64,000 nt of DNA from Octopus sinensis. Taxonomy: Eukaryota. The DNA lies in contig NC_043007.1 in the NCBI RefSeq assembly GCF_006345805.1, forward strand, positions 44,578,001 to 44,642,000. Reading direction: 5' to 3'. Both the position numbers and the translations under genes were made by a program. Shown here one piece after another: positions 34,721-46,672 of this stretch (position 1 is the stretch's first letter; each line of letters opens with the position of its first letter). Under the pieces are notes generated by a model. It saw nothing but the letters and a program-made list of their open reading frames with translations. It did no database searches and was not told the DNA's origin.

Positions 34721-35990
34721 CAACCCCACTAAGCATAAGAACCGACACCTTAATATTTTTTAGGATTATTGACAGGAATTTTCAATTAGGCCATAAATGT
34801 TATTCCATCTTTAATAGGTCCTGCCTTAAATTATTGTACTCAACTATGCCCAACCTAGGATCTATAATTGCAGCCAATAATAGATTTAAACTTAGAAATA
34901 ATAGTATTGATAGAGGTGACAATATAGCTGACATTAATATGAAGAATAATAACAAGAATCCTAATATTAAAAATATAAAGGTGAAGCATGGAAATAAAAT
35001 ATGTAATTGCCGTAACTGAGATTTATGTCCCTTAAAGGGATTCTGTTGAAGGAGAAATGTCATATATAAAGCTGAGGTTTCAACCCTTAGTGAATTGAAA
35101 AAGATTTACATAGGAAGTATGACTGATTTTAAGACTAGATATAGGGCACGCACACATTTATTAATCAAGAAACAGAAAATTCAACTGCACTAGCTACCCA
35201 CATTAATAAATTAAAAATGCGCAATAAAGAATTCAGTCTAGAATGATCTATTATAACAGAAACCACACCATACAATACACACACCAGAAACTACAAATTA
35301 TGCACAAAAGAAGTGATCTATATACTCCGTGCTGACAAAAAACTTTTACTTAACAAGATCTCAGATGTCATTATTCTTTGTAGACATAAATATTTATCAA
35401 CTTTTAAATTTTTTTCCAAAAATAATTAGTTTATATAATTTTAACTTAGTACCCTTTATGTATTTGGATTCATCTTAAAATGCTATTATCTATAGCTTCA
35501 TAATCTATTTAAGCATGTAATTTTAGCTCTTATTATATCATCCGCCTGAACAGTATGTTCCAACACAGCACTCGATTTTTAAAAATTCTTAAATTTCTCA
35601 TGTTGCTTAAAACATTAAGATTTAAATAACTCTTTTATAAATCCTTTAAATTAACTCTGATGAGAGAAATATAAAGGATTGTTATGGTTGGTATTAACTT
35701 GCCCATATCTATATCTTCTCGAAATGGCTGTCAGACTTTGCACCTGCTCAAGATTCCTTTTATACCAACTTTCTCATCTATTTGGATTACAGCTATACAT
35801 TCACCATCCACATATTATATTGATTTTAATACAGACATACAATTTCACAAGTACATTTATGTATATTTATATATTTATATATTTATAAATTTTTATATTA
35901 TATTTTGTGTATATGAATGCAACTATGTATGCTGTGGAGTATTGCAATGCTTTGAAATATATTGAGTTACTATGAACACTGACCTTTGAA
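34720..35990 (+). mobile_element. 5'-truncated inverted Penelope copy (linker, GIY-YIG, 3' region)
   Basis: YSTMPNLGSII...CNCRN, CPLKGFC, VIYKAEV...KIYIGSMTDFKTRY; joined head-to-head with the left copy at ~34720. Confidence 0.85.
35653..35736 (+). ncRNA. Penelope-associated HHR, CpG-decayed helix III
   Basis: aact CTGATGA gagaa...ttctc GAAA tggctgt c agac. ATGGCTGT is two C>T changes away from the palindrome ACGGCCGT. Confidence 0.5.
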
Positions 35991-36088
35991 ATTTGTTCTC
36001 TCATTCATGGTCTTATATTCCTGAGGCTCTGTTAGAGCTCTAATTAGTGGAGCTGTATAAAGTGATAATCATCTCATTTATTTCTTCA

Positions 36089-36119
<31 letters not shown>

Positions 36120-36222
36120 CATACATACACATATATACATACATACATACATACATACATACATACATACATACATACATAATAAATACATACATATATA
36201 CATACATACATACATACATACA

Positions 36223-36258
<36 letters not shown>

Positions 36259-37029
36259 TGTATGTGTATGTATGTATGTATGTATGTATGTATGTATGTA
36301 TGTATGTATGTATGTATGCATGTATGGTACCTGTGTATGTACAGCTATACTACATGGCAGTGAAACATGGGCTTTGATTGTAGAGGATATGTGAAGGCTT
36401 GGAAGAAATGAAGCCAGCAAGCTCTGCTGGATGGATAATGTCAGTGTGCATGCACAACAGAGTGTAAATGGTTTAAGAGGAAATCTGGGTATTAGAAGCA
36501 TCAGATGTTGAGCCTCATAAAAAGAAAGGATCAAGATTTGTAATGACTGGCAATTGCTGTGCTCAAGAATACTTATCCACTCCAGCTAAAATGTGGTTTT
36601 TAAACCATACATATTGTTTGCCTATGCCATTGCATTCAAGCCATTGCCACAACCCATCTTCCTTGAATTTTCTAATTACTGTACTATCTCAGCTGCTGTA
36701 ATTATAATTGTATGAGATGCACATATTTTATCCCCAATGCTTTTGTGCTACTGGTTTCCCCTATCCTTGGAGCCACCTCCGCATGTCACCCACTTTATAT
36801 CCTCAATGCTATTCCATACCACTATTGAACACCATTTCACATTGACCTTCATTCTCCCTACTTTATTTGTCATACACACACGCTCTCTCTCCATATATAT
36901 ATATATATATATATTTTAGCAAGGTTTCTAGTAGTAGAGGAGCTACATGGCTACTCACATTAGAGGATAGAGGGAAGAAGTGACTTGAGTAGAGCTGGAA
37001 AGAGACAAAAATTGTGGAAAAAGTATCAT

Positions 37030-37255
37030 GAGTATATGGGATGGAGATCATTCCAGAAGAGATCAAGATCCTGGTTAATAGTAACAAATCAAAATACAGC
37101 AGCCAACATCAGAGAGAAGACTTGACAAAGTGGACACCTTCAAGTAACTAGAACTCAGTTTGACCAAGGACGGCAAATCTCAAAAAAGGAGATTACAAGA
37201 ATTTGATCTCTGCTGCCATAATGAACTAAACACTATCTGGAAAAGCAACTCCATT
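37030..37255 (+). mobile_element. Old RTE RT fragment
   Basis: Frameshifted GMEIIPEEIKILVNS / VDTFK / LTKDGKSQKG motifs of the RTE thumb region. Confidence 0.5.
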
Positions 37256-38292
37256 TGTTTTCCAACAAGAAACAAAATACTGTAATGTAACTTAATAGTA
37301 AATTAATATGCATGAATTTGATAGAATGTTTCAGATATTCTCTATTATGACCATTTATAATCAAATCTATGGCCTTGGAAAAAACTGACAACATCTTATT
37401 GTTATTATCTCTAGCATACCTTATCAATATACTGTAGCCAGTCAAGTTGATATGTATCACAAATATTTTTGTATGAATATTATATGAATTTGATGTAGAC
37501 CAATAATTCCTAACCTATGAATCATGACTAACGTTACAGTCACTGAATAATTTGAAAATGGGATGTGAAGAGTTAAAAATGTTTTCTTTTTTTTTTTGAT
37601 ATTGTATTATTTTCAAATATTTTATAAAATTTTATCTGGTTTGCAAGATTCTTTATGCAAATTCCTGTGTTGAGACAAATTTTGTTGTGTCATTATGGGA
37701 TAAAATTTTGTTAAAATGTAAAATCTTAATGAAAATGCTATATAATAAACTGTAGACATAAAGGTCATGACACACCATTTACTATGAAAAAAAAATTAAT
37801 CATCATACCTTGTTGTTTTATGTCCACTTTCCATAATGGGATTGCTTGGACAGTTTGTCATGGCCTGAGTTAGTTCTTATATGGAATTACCACCCTTCTT
37901 TATGGATCAGAGGACCACATCTTGCCCATGTATTTGATTTTTGGAATAGATTTCTATGGAATAGATTTCTATGGATGCACTTCCTAATATTGGCCACTTT
38001 GCAGAATGTACTGTGAACACTTTATTTTGGCACCAGCTCAGTGAAGTTATCTTCAAACCACCATGACCACCATAACTAAAGCGTCTTCTAAAGGGTCCAC
38101 TAAAAGGTCTCCACTGCCCTATGGTGAGTCCATTTGCTTAAGACAAACAGATCAATTAAAAGAGATAGTCACTTTGCACCTCTCTCTGTATCTCTCTTTT
38201 ACTCTCACTCTCTCCTCTTCCCTCTATATGATGTAAAATGTGAGTGGAGAAATCAACCAAATACATAGACATGGCTATGTGGTAAGAAGCTT

Positions 38293-38641
38293 TTGGAATG
38301 GACCAGGTGCTTCAATGAAGCGAGGAGCCTGGCTGGGCGGAAAAATTGAAGAGGTGTATTACCTCAAAAAGAGACTAAAAATGTAAAAAGTGAGAGGATT
38401 ATTGCCTCGTGTTTGTGTTTTAATTTAAATTTTGAACTGTGTAAGAGGTTTATTGTCTCATTGTGTTTTTAAAAAAAAAGAAAAAAAGAACAATGTTTTA
38501 GAGAAGCGAAAGTCGGTGGGCGCTTTTCGTCTTCTCCCATCCTTATCATTCCCATATCCTCATCATTCATCCCATTAATGTCTCTGTCTAGCCCTCAAGC
38601 TTCTCTCTGTGTGCTGCCCTTGTGGCAAATATAATGAAATA
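38293..38641 (+). mobile_element. Retroposed fragment with 9 bp TSD inserted in a SINE head
   Basis: aagaagctt at 38284-38292 and 38642-38650; the insert ends aaatataatgaaataaa and the SINE sequence resumes afterwards. Confidence 0.6.
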
Positions 38642-39663
38642 AAGAAGCTTTCTTCCCAACCACAATAGTTTCAGCTTCAGTTCCACTTGGGCAAGTGCCT
38701 TCTACTGTAGCCTGGGGCTGACCAAAGCCTTATGAGTGGATTTAGTAGACAGAAATTGAAAGAACCCATTGTATAACCATACACACATGCACGCACACGC
38801 GCTTGCACAAACATGTGTTTATATCGATGTGTGTATCTTTGTGTTTGTCCCCCACCCTCACCACTTGACAACTGGTGCTGGTGTGTTTATGTCTCCATAA
38901 CTTAGCAGTTCGGCAAAAGAGATTAAAAGAATAAGTACAAAGTTTAAGAAAAAAAAAAAAAGAAAATTCCTGGGGTCAATTTGTTTGACTAAATTTGTTT
39001 GACTTCAAGGCAGTGACCTAGCATGGCCACAGTTAAATAACTGAAACAAATTAAAAAAAAAAAAAAACCAACTGGCCAAACAATGAACCAGCAGACTGAA
39101 TAAATAACCAGCATTTATATAGTGCTTATTGTTCTATAGAGATTCATTCATGTTGACTCACTATTCTTTTAGAATTCTCGTATCTAAAATGTATTTAAAA
39201 GTATACCCAATGGGTCTTTATCATTATTAAAAAAGTATTTGGGCGAGTCAGTTATTAACTTCGCATTTTTCTGTTTAATGTTGTTGACGTTTTTTCTTTA
39301 ACCCCAGATCAGCTGTGACTAAGCAGCTCTATAATCAAAGATATTTCACTCATGACAAACTCATTGGAGGACTGATGGTGGGTTCAGGCGTTGTGTATCT
39401 AGGACTACAGTGTAAACTGTGTCCTTCCTTTGTAAAGAGAGAATGATATGATTTTAGAGAGATTTGTTTCTTATTGGTAGCAATTTGAACAATGATGTAG
39501 AAGTTGATTCATTGACTCATATTTAACTTTGTTCAGGTGAGTTCACTGGTTAAACATTACTTAAAAGTATGTCTGGGTGAGTCCACCAATCATTTTGGAT
39601 TACCTAGTTTAACAGTTAAAAGATTATATTTAGGTGAGACCATACGTATATAATTTTGTATAA

Positions 39664-39863
39664 TACTTTAGCGTTCAGATTACTCTATCAAATCTAATGT
39701 TTATATATTCACGTTGTTTTGAATTAATCATGTATTATCTTATAGCTTTGAAATTTCAATGATGTAATGGTTTATCTTTAGAATGACATTGTAGGGTAGG
39801 TATGACTATAAAACAGGTAAAGTATTTGAGACAGATATGACCAGTTTAAATTCTAAAGGGTTA
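39664..39863. mobile_element. piggyBac-type MITE
   Basis: ctttagcgttcagattactc ... ctaaaggg|ttaa; the left CCC/TTAA end is decayed. Confidence 0.5.
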
Positions 39864-40679
39864 AAGGTATGATTGGGTGAGTCCATTATAATTTACATTC
39901 ACAACCATTGTGTTGTGCTTTCAATAAGATATAATAAATTTATTACTGACTTCTATGATTTGTTTTTTCCTATGAATAAACATTCCTAGATACTTCCTCA
40001 TATATTCTGCTTATGTATTTGTATGCTTTTTTTTTACCAGTGTCTTCTTATAAAATGTCAAGAGAACAATTCACTTTGGACAGATAATACTAATAAATAG
40101 GTTACTCAAATGACTATTATTATCTTCTTATGTATCTTTACTCTGCATATATTGAAGAGACATATCAGTTTAGGCATTATAACAAAACTACACTGACACT
40201 GAACAACAGCCTAACCATAAAAAACCCCACAACAGTTGGCAGCAGTATTTCCTTGTTGGAGATGGTTTGGATTTGCAAATTCTATGACTATTCACTAGTG
40301 TAGCGAAAAAGTCAGGAGTTCCATTGTTACAGTACTTGGTTTTCAAAGCTCCTCTATCTATGGGGCCACTGTGCTGAGATGATGCTGAGGCTGCTTTCAT
40401 TGCAAAGAGATGCTTGTGCTGTAGCTCACGATTGATTCTCTTAGTGAGTGATGAGATGTTGATTGGTGAGATTTGACTGCCTAGACAGGATTTGAACTCA
40501 GAATTCAAGGAGCTGGACTGGGTATTACAAGATCTCTTGTTCAATGCACTAATGATAGAGTCAATCCATCACCTTGGACTGGTTTTTATCAGTCTCAAAA
40601 GAATGAAAAGTTCATTGGTATATACATATACATAAACACAGGTACACAGGCACATATGCACACATACACACACACATTT

Positions 40680-41201
40680 TCAGGATTAAATAAAAAGACA
40701 ACAAACAGAAAATTTGACATACCTGTACATTGGGGCATTATTGATGATATTACTTCCAATCTGGAGGCACTGGCGAGAAACTTGCCAGGAACGGAACCAA
40801 AGCATAACAAAATGAGACAGGCTCAAGACGAGACCATTAGAGAACAGATGAAGGACAAAACAGTAAACAGAATAAAGACTTAGGGCCACATGAAGACAAC
40901 ACTTAAAATGATAATAATACAAATGCAGCAGGAAAAAAAAAAGGCTTAGGGATGCAAGACAAGACAAAAATGGGTAACACGAAGGAGAAATGAAGACTGT
41001 CCTAAAGGACTATAGACATGGGAGGGTAGAGTGAGGAGCACAGAAAATTGTGACCAGTCTGTGACCAGTTCAACGCTTTATACAGCATTTCTATTGCGTT
41101 TCCTTCAACTGTGACCAGTTGAAGGAAACGCAATAAAAAATGACACTGCCATAGGCCATCGTAGATCACGTGATAGTGGGAGGAGGGTAACAGAGAAAGA
41201 C

Positions 41202-41258
<57 letters not shown>

Positions 41259-44200
41259 CTGTATTCACCATAAGGTTGAGAAAAAGAGGGGACAATACGG
41301 GGACAGACAAAACAAACGTTGGGGTCAGGGTATCGAATGAGACGAAACGTATGAATAAACAAACAATTAAAATATATACAATTAAATTAGAATGAGTGAT
41401 TAAATCAAAATGAAGCGGAGGACAAGGTTGACCCCACAAACCACATACTCACACTGAAGACTTTGCTTTCTCCTTTTTTACATTCTCGATTAAACAGGTT
41501 CTTTCACTCACAACATACTTGCTATATACTTCCATCTTTTACGAAACACACTTTGCGACAGGCATTTCTTCTCCAGCCTTATTTTCCGTTTCATGTGGAA
41601 AACGAAAAAGTCGATTAGCTCGAGACTGGATATAAACATGCCTGTTGCAATTCCTTTCACTCACGTCTTCCATACTACTTCTTTCGCCACAGCAACTACC
41701 GAGAGAAAACAGGCTCGCTCCTCCCTATTCAGGGAGGTCGGCGGAACGATCTTAATTACAGATTCGCTCGACAGTTGTACTCTTCTTGAATGCGACAGCA
41801 GGTGTTCGACATAAGCCCAGAGTTCAGTCACCTTGGGGTATTGAACAATCGCATGCAGGACAGTTTCAATGTCCCTCTTACATCTTGCACAAACCGGCGA
41901 AGGTGCACACCCATGTCTAAAGAGCCTATCTCGAACCGGTAAAGCTCCTCTGTAACATTGCCAGGCCTGGGACTTTTGGTAATTATCCATTGGCCCCGGA
42001 CCGAATGTTCTTTGGAACAGGCTGGCCAGTTGATTTTCGTTGAAGCCCAGGGTTTCTCCCAGGATGTCGTCACACTTAAACTCTACTAACCCTCTATAGA
42101 AGAACGAGGTAGTACCCCCGCCACCGGCGTTGCCCGACTGGGAGAGAAGCACGAGTGCCTGATGGCACTCTACATGCCACACGCCCAACCTCGGTCTACA
42201 CTTGATCCCTGGGTTCAGTTTGGTAAACGATGTGAACTGTTGAAATAACAGCTTTACGAACGGAGACTACACCTGCTCACCGTCCAGGTAAAGCCAGAGG
42301 TGCCTAAGCCTGAGCGCATGTCTGCGCATTTTTAGCCACGGCATCCCTAACCCACCCTTCAGCGGCTTTTGGCAGCATATAGAGTACCTTACAAGAGGTC
42401 TGCTGCCCCTCCACAAAAAGCGAAAGAACATGCGTTCCAGCTTGTTCAGCCACGAATCGGGGCAAGGCACGACGGTCTGGCGGTAAGTGATTACAGAGGC
42501 GATAAACACCTTGCAACCTCCGCCCTCCCTTTCAACGACAGCTTCCGCTCAGACGATGTCTGAGTTAGGAGAGCCACCTTTCTCGCCACCTCACTCCAAT
42601 TCTTCTCTATCTGGAGATCTGGACCTAACCAGATTCCAAGCATTTTCACCGGCCTTTCCGTCCAGCGTCCTATGACGCTGTCGGAAGACATCGACTTACT
42701 CCTCCAGGTGCCGAGTTGCAAGCCGACCGATTTATCCCGGTTGACTTTCGCTCCTGCCACCACTTCGTAATCCCTTAAGACCTCACCCACCCACTGTAGG
42801 TGCTCGACGATGACAGTGATGTCGACCGCACATGCCGAAGCTGACTTTCCGCACCCTAGATCTTGCGGAGTGCCCCTCATAGTTTCCAACCTCCTCAGCA
42901 ACGGCTCGAGGGCCAAAACGTAGAGAAGCGGGGAGAGAGGATACCCTTGACGTACCGAACGTTCAATGCGGAACGGCTCCGAAAAGAAACCGTTCACCCG
43001 AACTACCGATTCGATGTTGCTGTATAAAGCGTTGATCCATCTGCGGAAATTCGGGCCGAAGCCAGCCGCCGCCAGATACTGATGGTCCACCCAATCGAAC
43101 GCTTTCGATTGGTCCAAGTGAACCATAGCCCCATCCTTGCCAGGAATCTTGTTTACCCTAAGGCATAGCGTAGAAAGTGGAGATTGTCGTGGATGGTCAT
43201 TCCAGTGATGGCGCAAGTTTGCGCCTCGCCAACAAGTTCACCCACAACCCGCGCCAACCTTTTTGCTAAGACCTTGGCCAAAATCTTCAACTCTGCGTTA
43301 AGCAGAGTGATGGGCCGAAAATTATCAATAAAATCCCCCTTGTTTGGGTCCTTTCTTAACATCGCTACCACCCCTCGGCTCACAGACTTAGGAATTCTCC
43401 CGTTCTGCTGCCAGTTGGTGTACACGCATGCAAGTAGGTGCCCAAACAAGTCTGGCATGCTACTATAGAGTTCGTAAGGCAGACCATCGATTCCCGGCGA
43501 TTTGTCCCCGCTGCAGTCTGCCTACACATCCTCGACTTCCTTGGCTGTGATCGGCGCCTCACAAGATTCCGCCTCCGGCCTCGATAGACGCAGCGAACCG
43601 GCTAGGAACTCTGCGAGCTTCTCCCCGCGCTCCAGTCCGCCGCTCCTCCCGAATAGCTGGGCGAAATGATCGTGAAACACCTTTCACATCTCCATGGGTT
43701 CGTTTACTGATCGACCATTTGGGTCCGTCAAAGATCGAATGGTTGAGTTGTTGCGACGCTGGCCCTCTAACACCCGGGCCCATCCAGCTGCGTTGATCTC
43801 TTCCTGTCTCATTGCACAGATCTTAGCCCTGACAATGCACCCTTCATGTTTAGCTTTGAGATGTTGGTCGAGTGCCAACTTCGCCGCTAACACTTTCGAT
43901 GCACTGCCTGACCTCATTGCCTCATCTATTGCCTTAACTAGTTCCTTTTCTACTTTGTTTTTAGCACTAGCTAATTCTTTGCTAAACCTAATTGACTCAA
44001 ATTTGATGGCTCTTTTCAGGTCGTACCACCATTTGTTGTTGATAATGGATCTAGTTAACGCCCTCATTACTAATTGTTTAATCCGATTCCTGTAGGCTTC
44101 ACAGTCCAATAGTGACTTGTTTAGCTTCCAGTAACCGGTACCTCGTCTACACATGCAATCTATGTTGAGCGATAAGGTCACTAATTTATGATCGCTGTAG

Positions 44201-45040
44201 CTGACGATATGGTGTTGTGGACAGCTAAGTATTTTCTTACCTTTCCTTCTAGTTATGATTCTATCTGTGTAATATCTGGATGACCCGTCGTTTCTTGCCC
44301 AGGTTCACGCTGGAGCGTCTGGGTGGTCCAGTCTGAATCGATCTGCCAATTCGAAACGACTTAGCAGATCGTTGAGGTGAGGTAATCCCCTCCTATTCTT
44401 TCTCGAGCCAACATAATCTATTCGTGCATCGCAAATTATGTTGAAGTCACCTAGCAATACTAACGTGTTCGACGTGCCGAGAAAATTCCCTAGGCTTTTG
44501 AAGTAATCTTTCTGCCCGGCTTTTCCTTCACAGGGAGCATAGCAAAACGACCAACCTGCCTTCCGGATCTATAAAGACAGTTCTAATCTCTAAATCCAGG
44601 TTTTTTCTGACCAGCACTGCCACTCCTCCGCCCCCTCCCGGTCGACAGGGAGAAACGTATTTCTCGTAGCTGTTTAGAAGGGGCGAAAAAGCCTGCAGCC
44701 CATTCAGTCTGGATTCGGTAATTGCAACTACATCTAAACGATGCGACCCAAGGTCGTTGAGGAGGTAACCTTGCTTCCAATACGACCCCAGGCCGCGAAT
44801 ATTTAAACAACCGAGTTTAAAAGAGAATGTGAAAAATTAGTCGAATGTTTAAAACTTACTGTTTTAACGGGAGGGAGGGTGTAGTTTCACCCTCCTCTTT
44901 TCTGTCTGTGAGTGTTGTGGTTTGCGAGGTCATTCTTTTCGCAAATTGCCTGTACAGATGACTCAAAAAGTTCATCTGTAACGGGTCAACGTCCTCCGCA
45001 AAAGATTTTTTAGTTCAAAATAGTCAATTAGCTGACCTGA
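40680..45040 (-). mobile_element. Tx1/L1-clade LINE, ORF2 pseudogene with ORF1 tail and 3' UTR
   Basis: APE (GCLNIRGL, VAITES, LLGDFN, YSDHK, GTGYWKLNKSLL), RT (FRPITLLN, DQSKAFD, VRQGYPLSPLLY, decayed YADD), zf-RVT (CARCKRDIETVLHA). Multiple frameshifts; outer limits approximate. Confidence 0.88.
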
Positions 45041-45049
45041 AGACTAAAC

Positions 45050-45068
45050 AACTACTACTGCTACTACT

Positions 45069-45115
<47 letters not shown>

Positions 45116-45146
45116 GCTACTACTACTACTGTTGCTGCTGCTGCTG

Positions 45147-45178
<32 letters not shown>

Positions 45179-45317
45179 GTTACTGCTACTGCTACTGCTG
45201 CTTCCACTGCCACTGATGCTGCCACTGCTGATGATGCTGCCACTGCAGCTGACACTGCCTCCACTGCTGATACTTCCACCACTGCTGCTGCTGCTGCTGC
45301 TGCTGCTGCTACTGCTG

Positions 45318-45357
<40 letters not shown>

Positions 45358-45358
45358 A
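45050..45358. repeat. Compound (CTA)n/(CTG)n trinucleotide tract
   Basis: Directly visible; source of the poly-S, poly-L and poly-A/V ORFs. Confidence 0.95.
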
Positions 45359-45384
45359 TTGTGTTGGTCCTAGTGGTACATTGC

Positions 45385-45890
45385 GGAGGCACATGACTTA
45401 GTGATTAGGATGTTGCACTTGTGATTGAAAGATTGTTGTTTCGATTCCTGAACCGGGCGACACATTGTATTCTTGAGCAGAACACTTCATTTCATGTTGC
45501 CCCGGTCCACTCAGATGGCAAAAATGAGTAATACTGTGATGGACTGGCATCCTGTCTGGATTGGAAATATATATGCCATGGAAACTGGGAAACTGGTCCC
45601 ATGACTCTATATGACTCATGAAGGAACTTTACTTAGTGAAGGCATGTAGCTTGGTGGTTAGGGGTGTTGGACTCATGATCATAAGATTGTGGTTTCGATC
45701 CCTGGACTGGGTGACATGTTGTGTTCTTGAGCAAAACACTTCATTTTACATTGCTCCAGCCCACTCAGCTGGCTAAAATGAGTAATCCTGCAACAGACTG
45801 GTGTCCTGTCCAGATGGGGAATATATACACCACGGAAGCTGGGAAACTGACCCTTATGAGTCAGCATGACTCGAGAAAGTAATTTTACCT
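45385..45890 (+). mobile_element. Two tandem tRNA-derived SINEs of one family
   Basis: Heads at ~45385 and ~45637 with gtttcgattcc/gtttcgatccc B-boxes and a shared ttcttgagca(g/a)aacacttcattt body. Confidence 0.7.
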
Positions 45891-46454
45891 TTGCCTTTAG
45901 TGATACAGCTTGTAGGCTATGGTGCTATTTTGTGTTGTTAATTAGCTTCCTAGTCAAATCTAATTAAGGAGACCAGAGATCTCAATATTTGTAATGACAA
46001 ACATTCCATTTTTTAGGGTAATATTTGACTACATAATATAATAAAAGGCATGAAGGTGTTATATGAAGGGGACTCAGATGTTATTTCATTGTATTATTAC
46101 ATTACATAGGTTAGAAATAGTGCTATTTTACATAGGTCAGACCTGTCCATCTAAGCAAAAATGAAGCCCTTAAGTTGCCATTCATGTTTATTACCCTCTA
46201 TCTCATGACGCATCTAACATCCTTCCTTCCCTCTATTCATATTCACCACTCACTATGTCCCCCCCCCCTTCCCCTTTATCTCTTATTCTCCTTTCAAGTT
46301 CTCGCAAACTTACCTGCTCACAATTTGTTCCCAATGAGTCTGTCTCCCTGGCAACTCATCTTCCCAGCCCTGCTGTCCATCTTAGCAAAAACGAGGCCTC
46401 TAAAGGTGCCATTTATGTCTATGCATCCCTTATTTCTTTTTAGTTCTATATTGC

Positions 46455-46672
46455 CCACAAGGGGCTAAACATAGAGGGGACAAACAAGAACAGACAAAGG
46501 GATTAAGTCGATTACATCGACTCCAGTGTGTAACTGGTACTTAATTTATCGACCCCCAAAGGATGAAAGGCAAAGTTGACCTCGGCGGAATTAGAACTCA
46601 GAACATAACGGCCGATGAAATACTGTTAAGCATTTCGTCCAGCGCACTAATATTTCTGCCAGCTTGCCACCT
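46455..46672 (-). mobile_element. Full-length tRNA-derived SINE
   Basis: Minus-strand head ggtggcaagctggcagaaatattagtg..., B-box gttctaattcc, central cctttcatcctttgggggtcgataaattaagtacc. Confidence 0.75.

Larger units (their letters stand above)
31470..36700. repeat. Large inverted duplication (~1.9 kb arms, ~1.4 kb asymmetric centre)
   Basis: 31470-33310 is the reverse complement of 34740-36700. The 93-aa spurious ORFs 32087-32368 and 35684-35965 differ at 2 residues. Confidence 0.92.

Noticed and set aside
40188-40544. 118 aa ORF that looks like a unique exon
   Set aside because: Its 5' half overlaps an eroded SINE (gatttgaactcagaat..., ttttatcagtctcaaaagaatgaaaag), it starts at a non-ATG codon, and no domain is recognisable.
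40991-45045. tgaagact at both 40991 and 45038 as a TSD of the Tx1 element
   Set aside because: No poly-A or repeat tail at 40999, and UTR-like sequence appears to continue to ~40680. An 8-mer match at this distance can be chance.
45044-45401. Poly-Ser, poly-Leu and poly-Ala/Val ORFs
   Set aside because: Pure (CTA)n/(CTG)n microsatellite translation.
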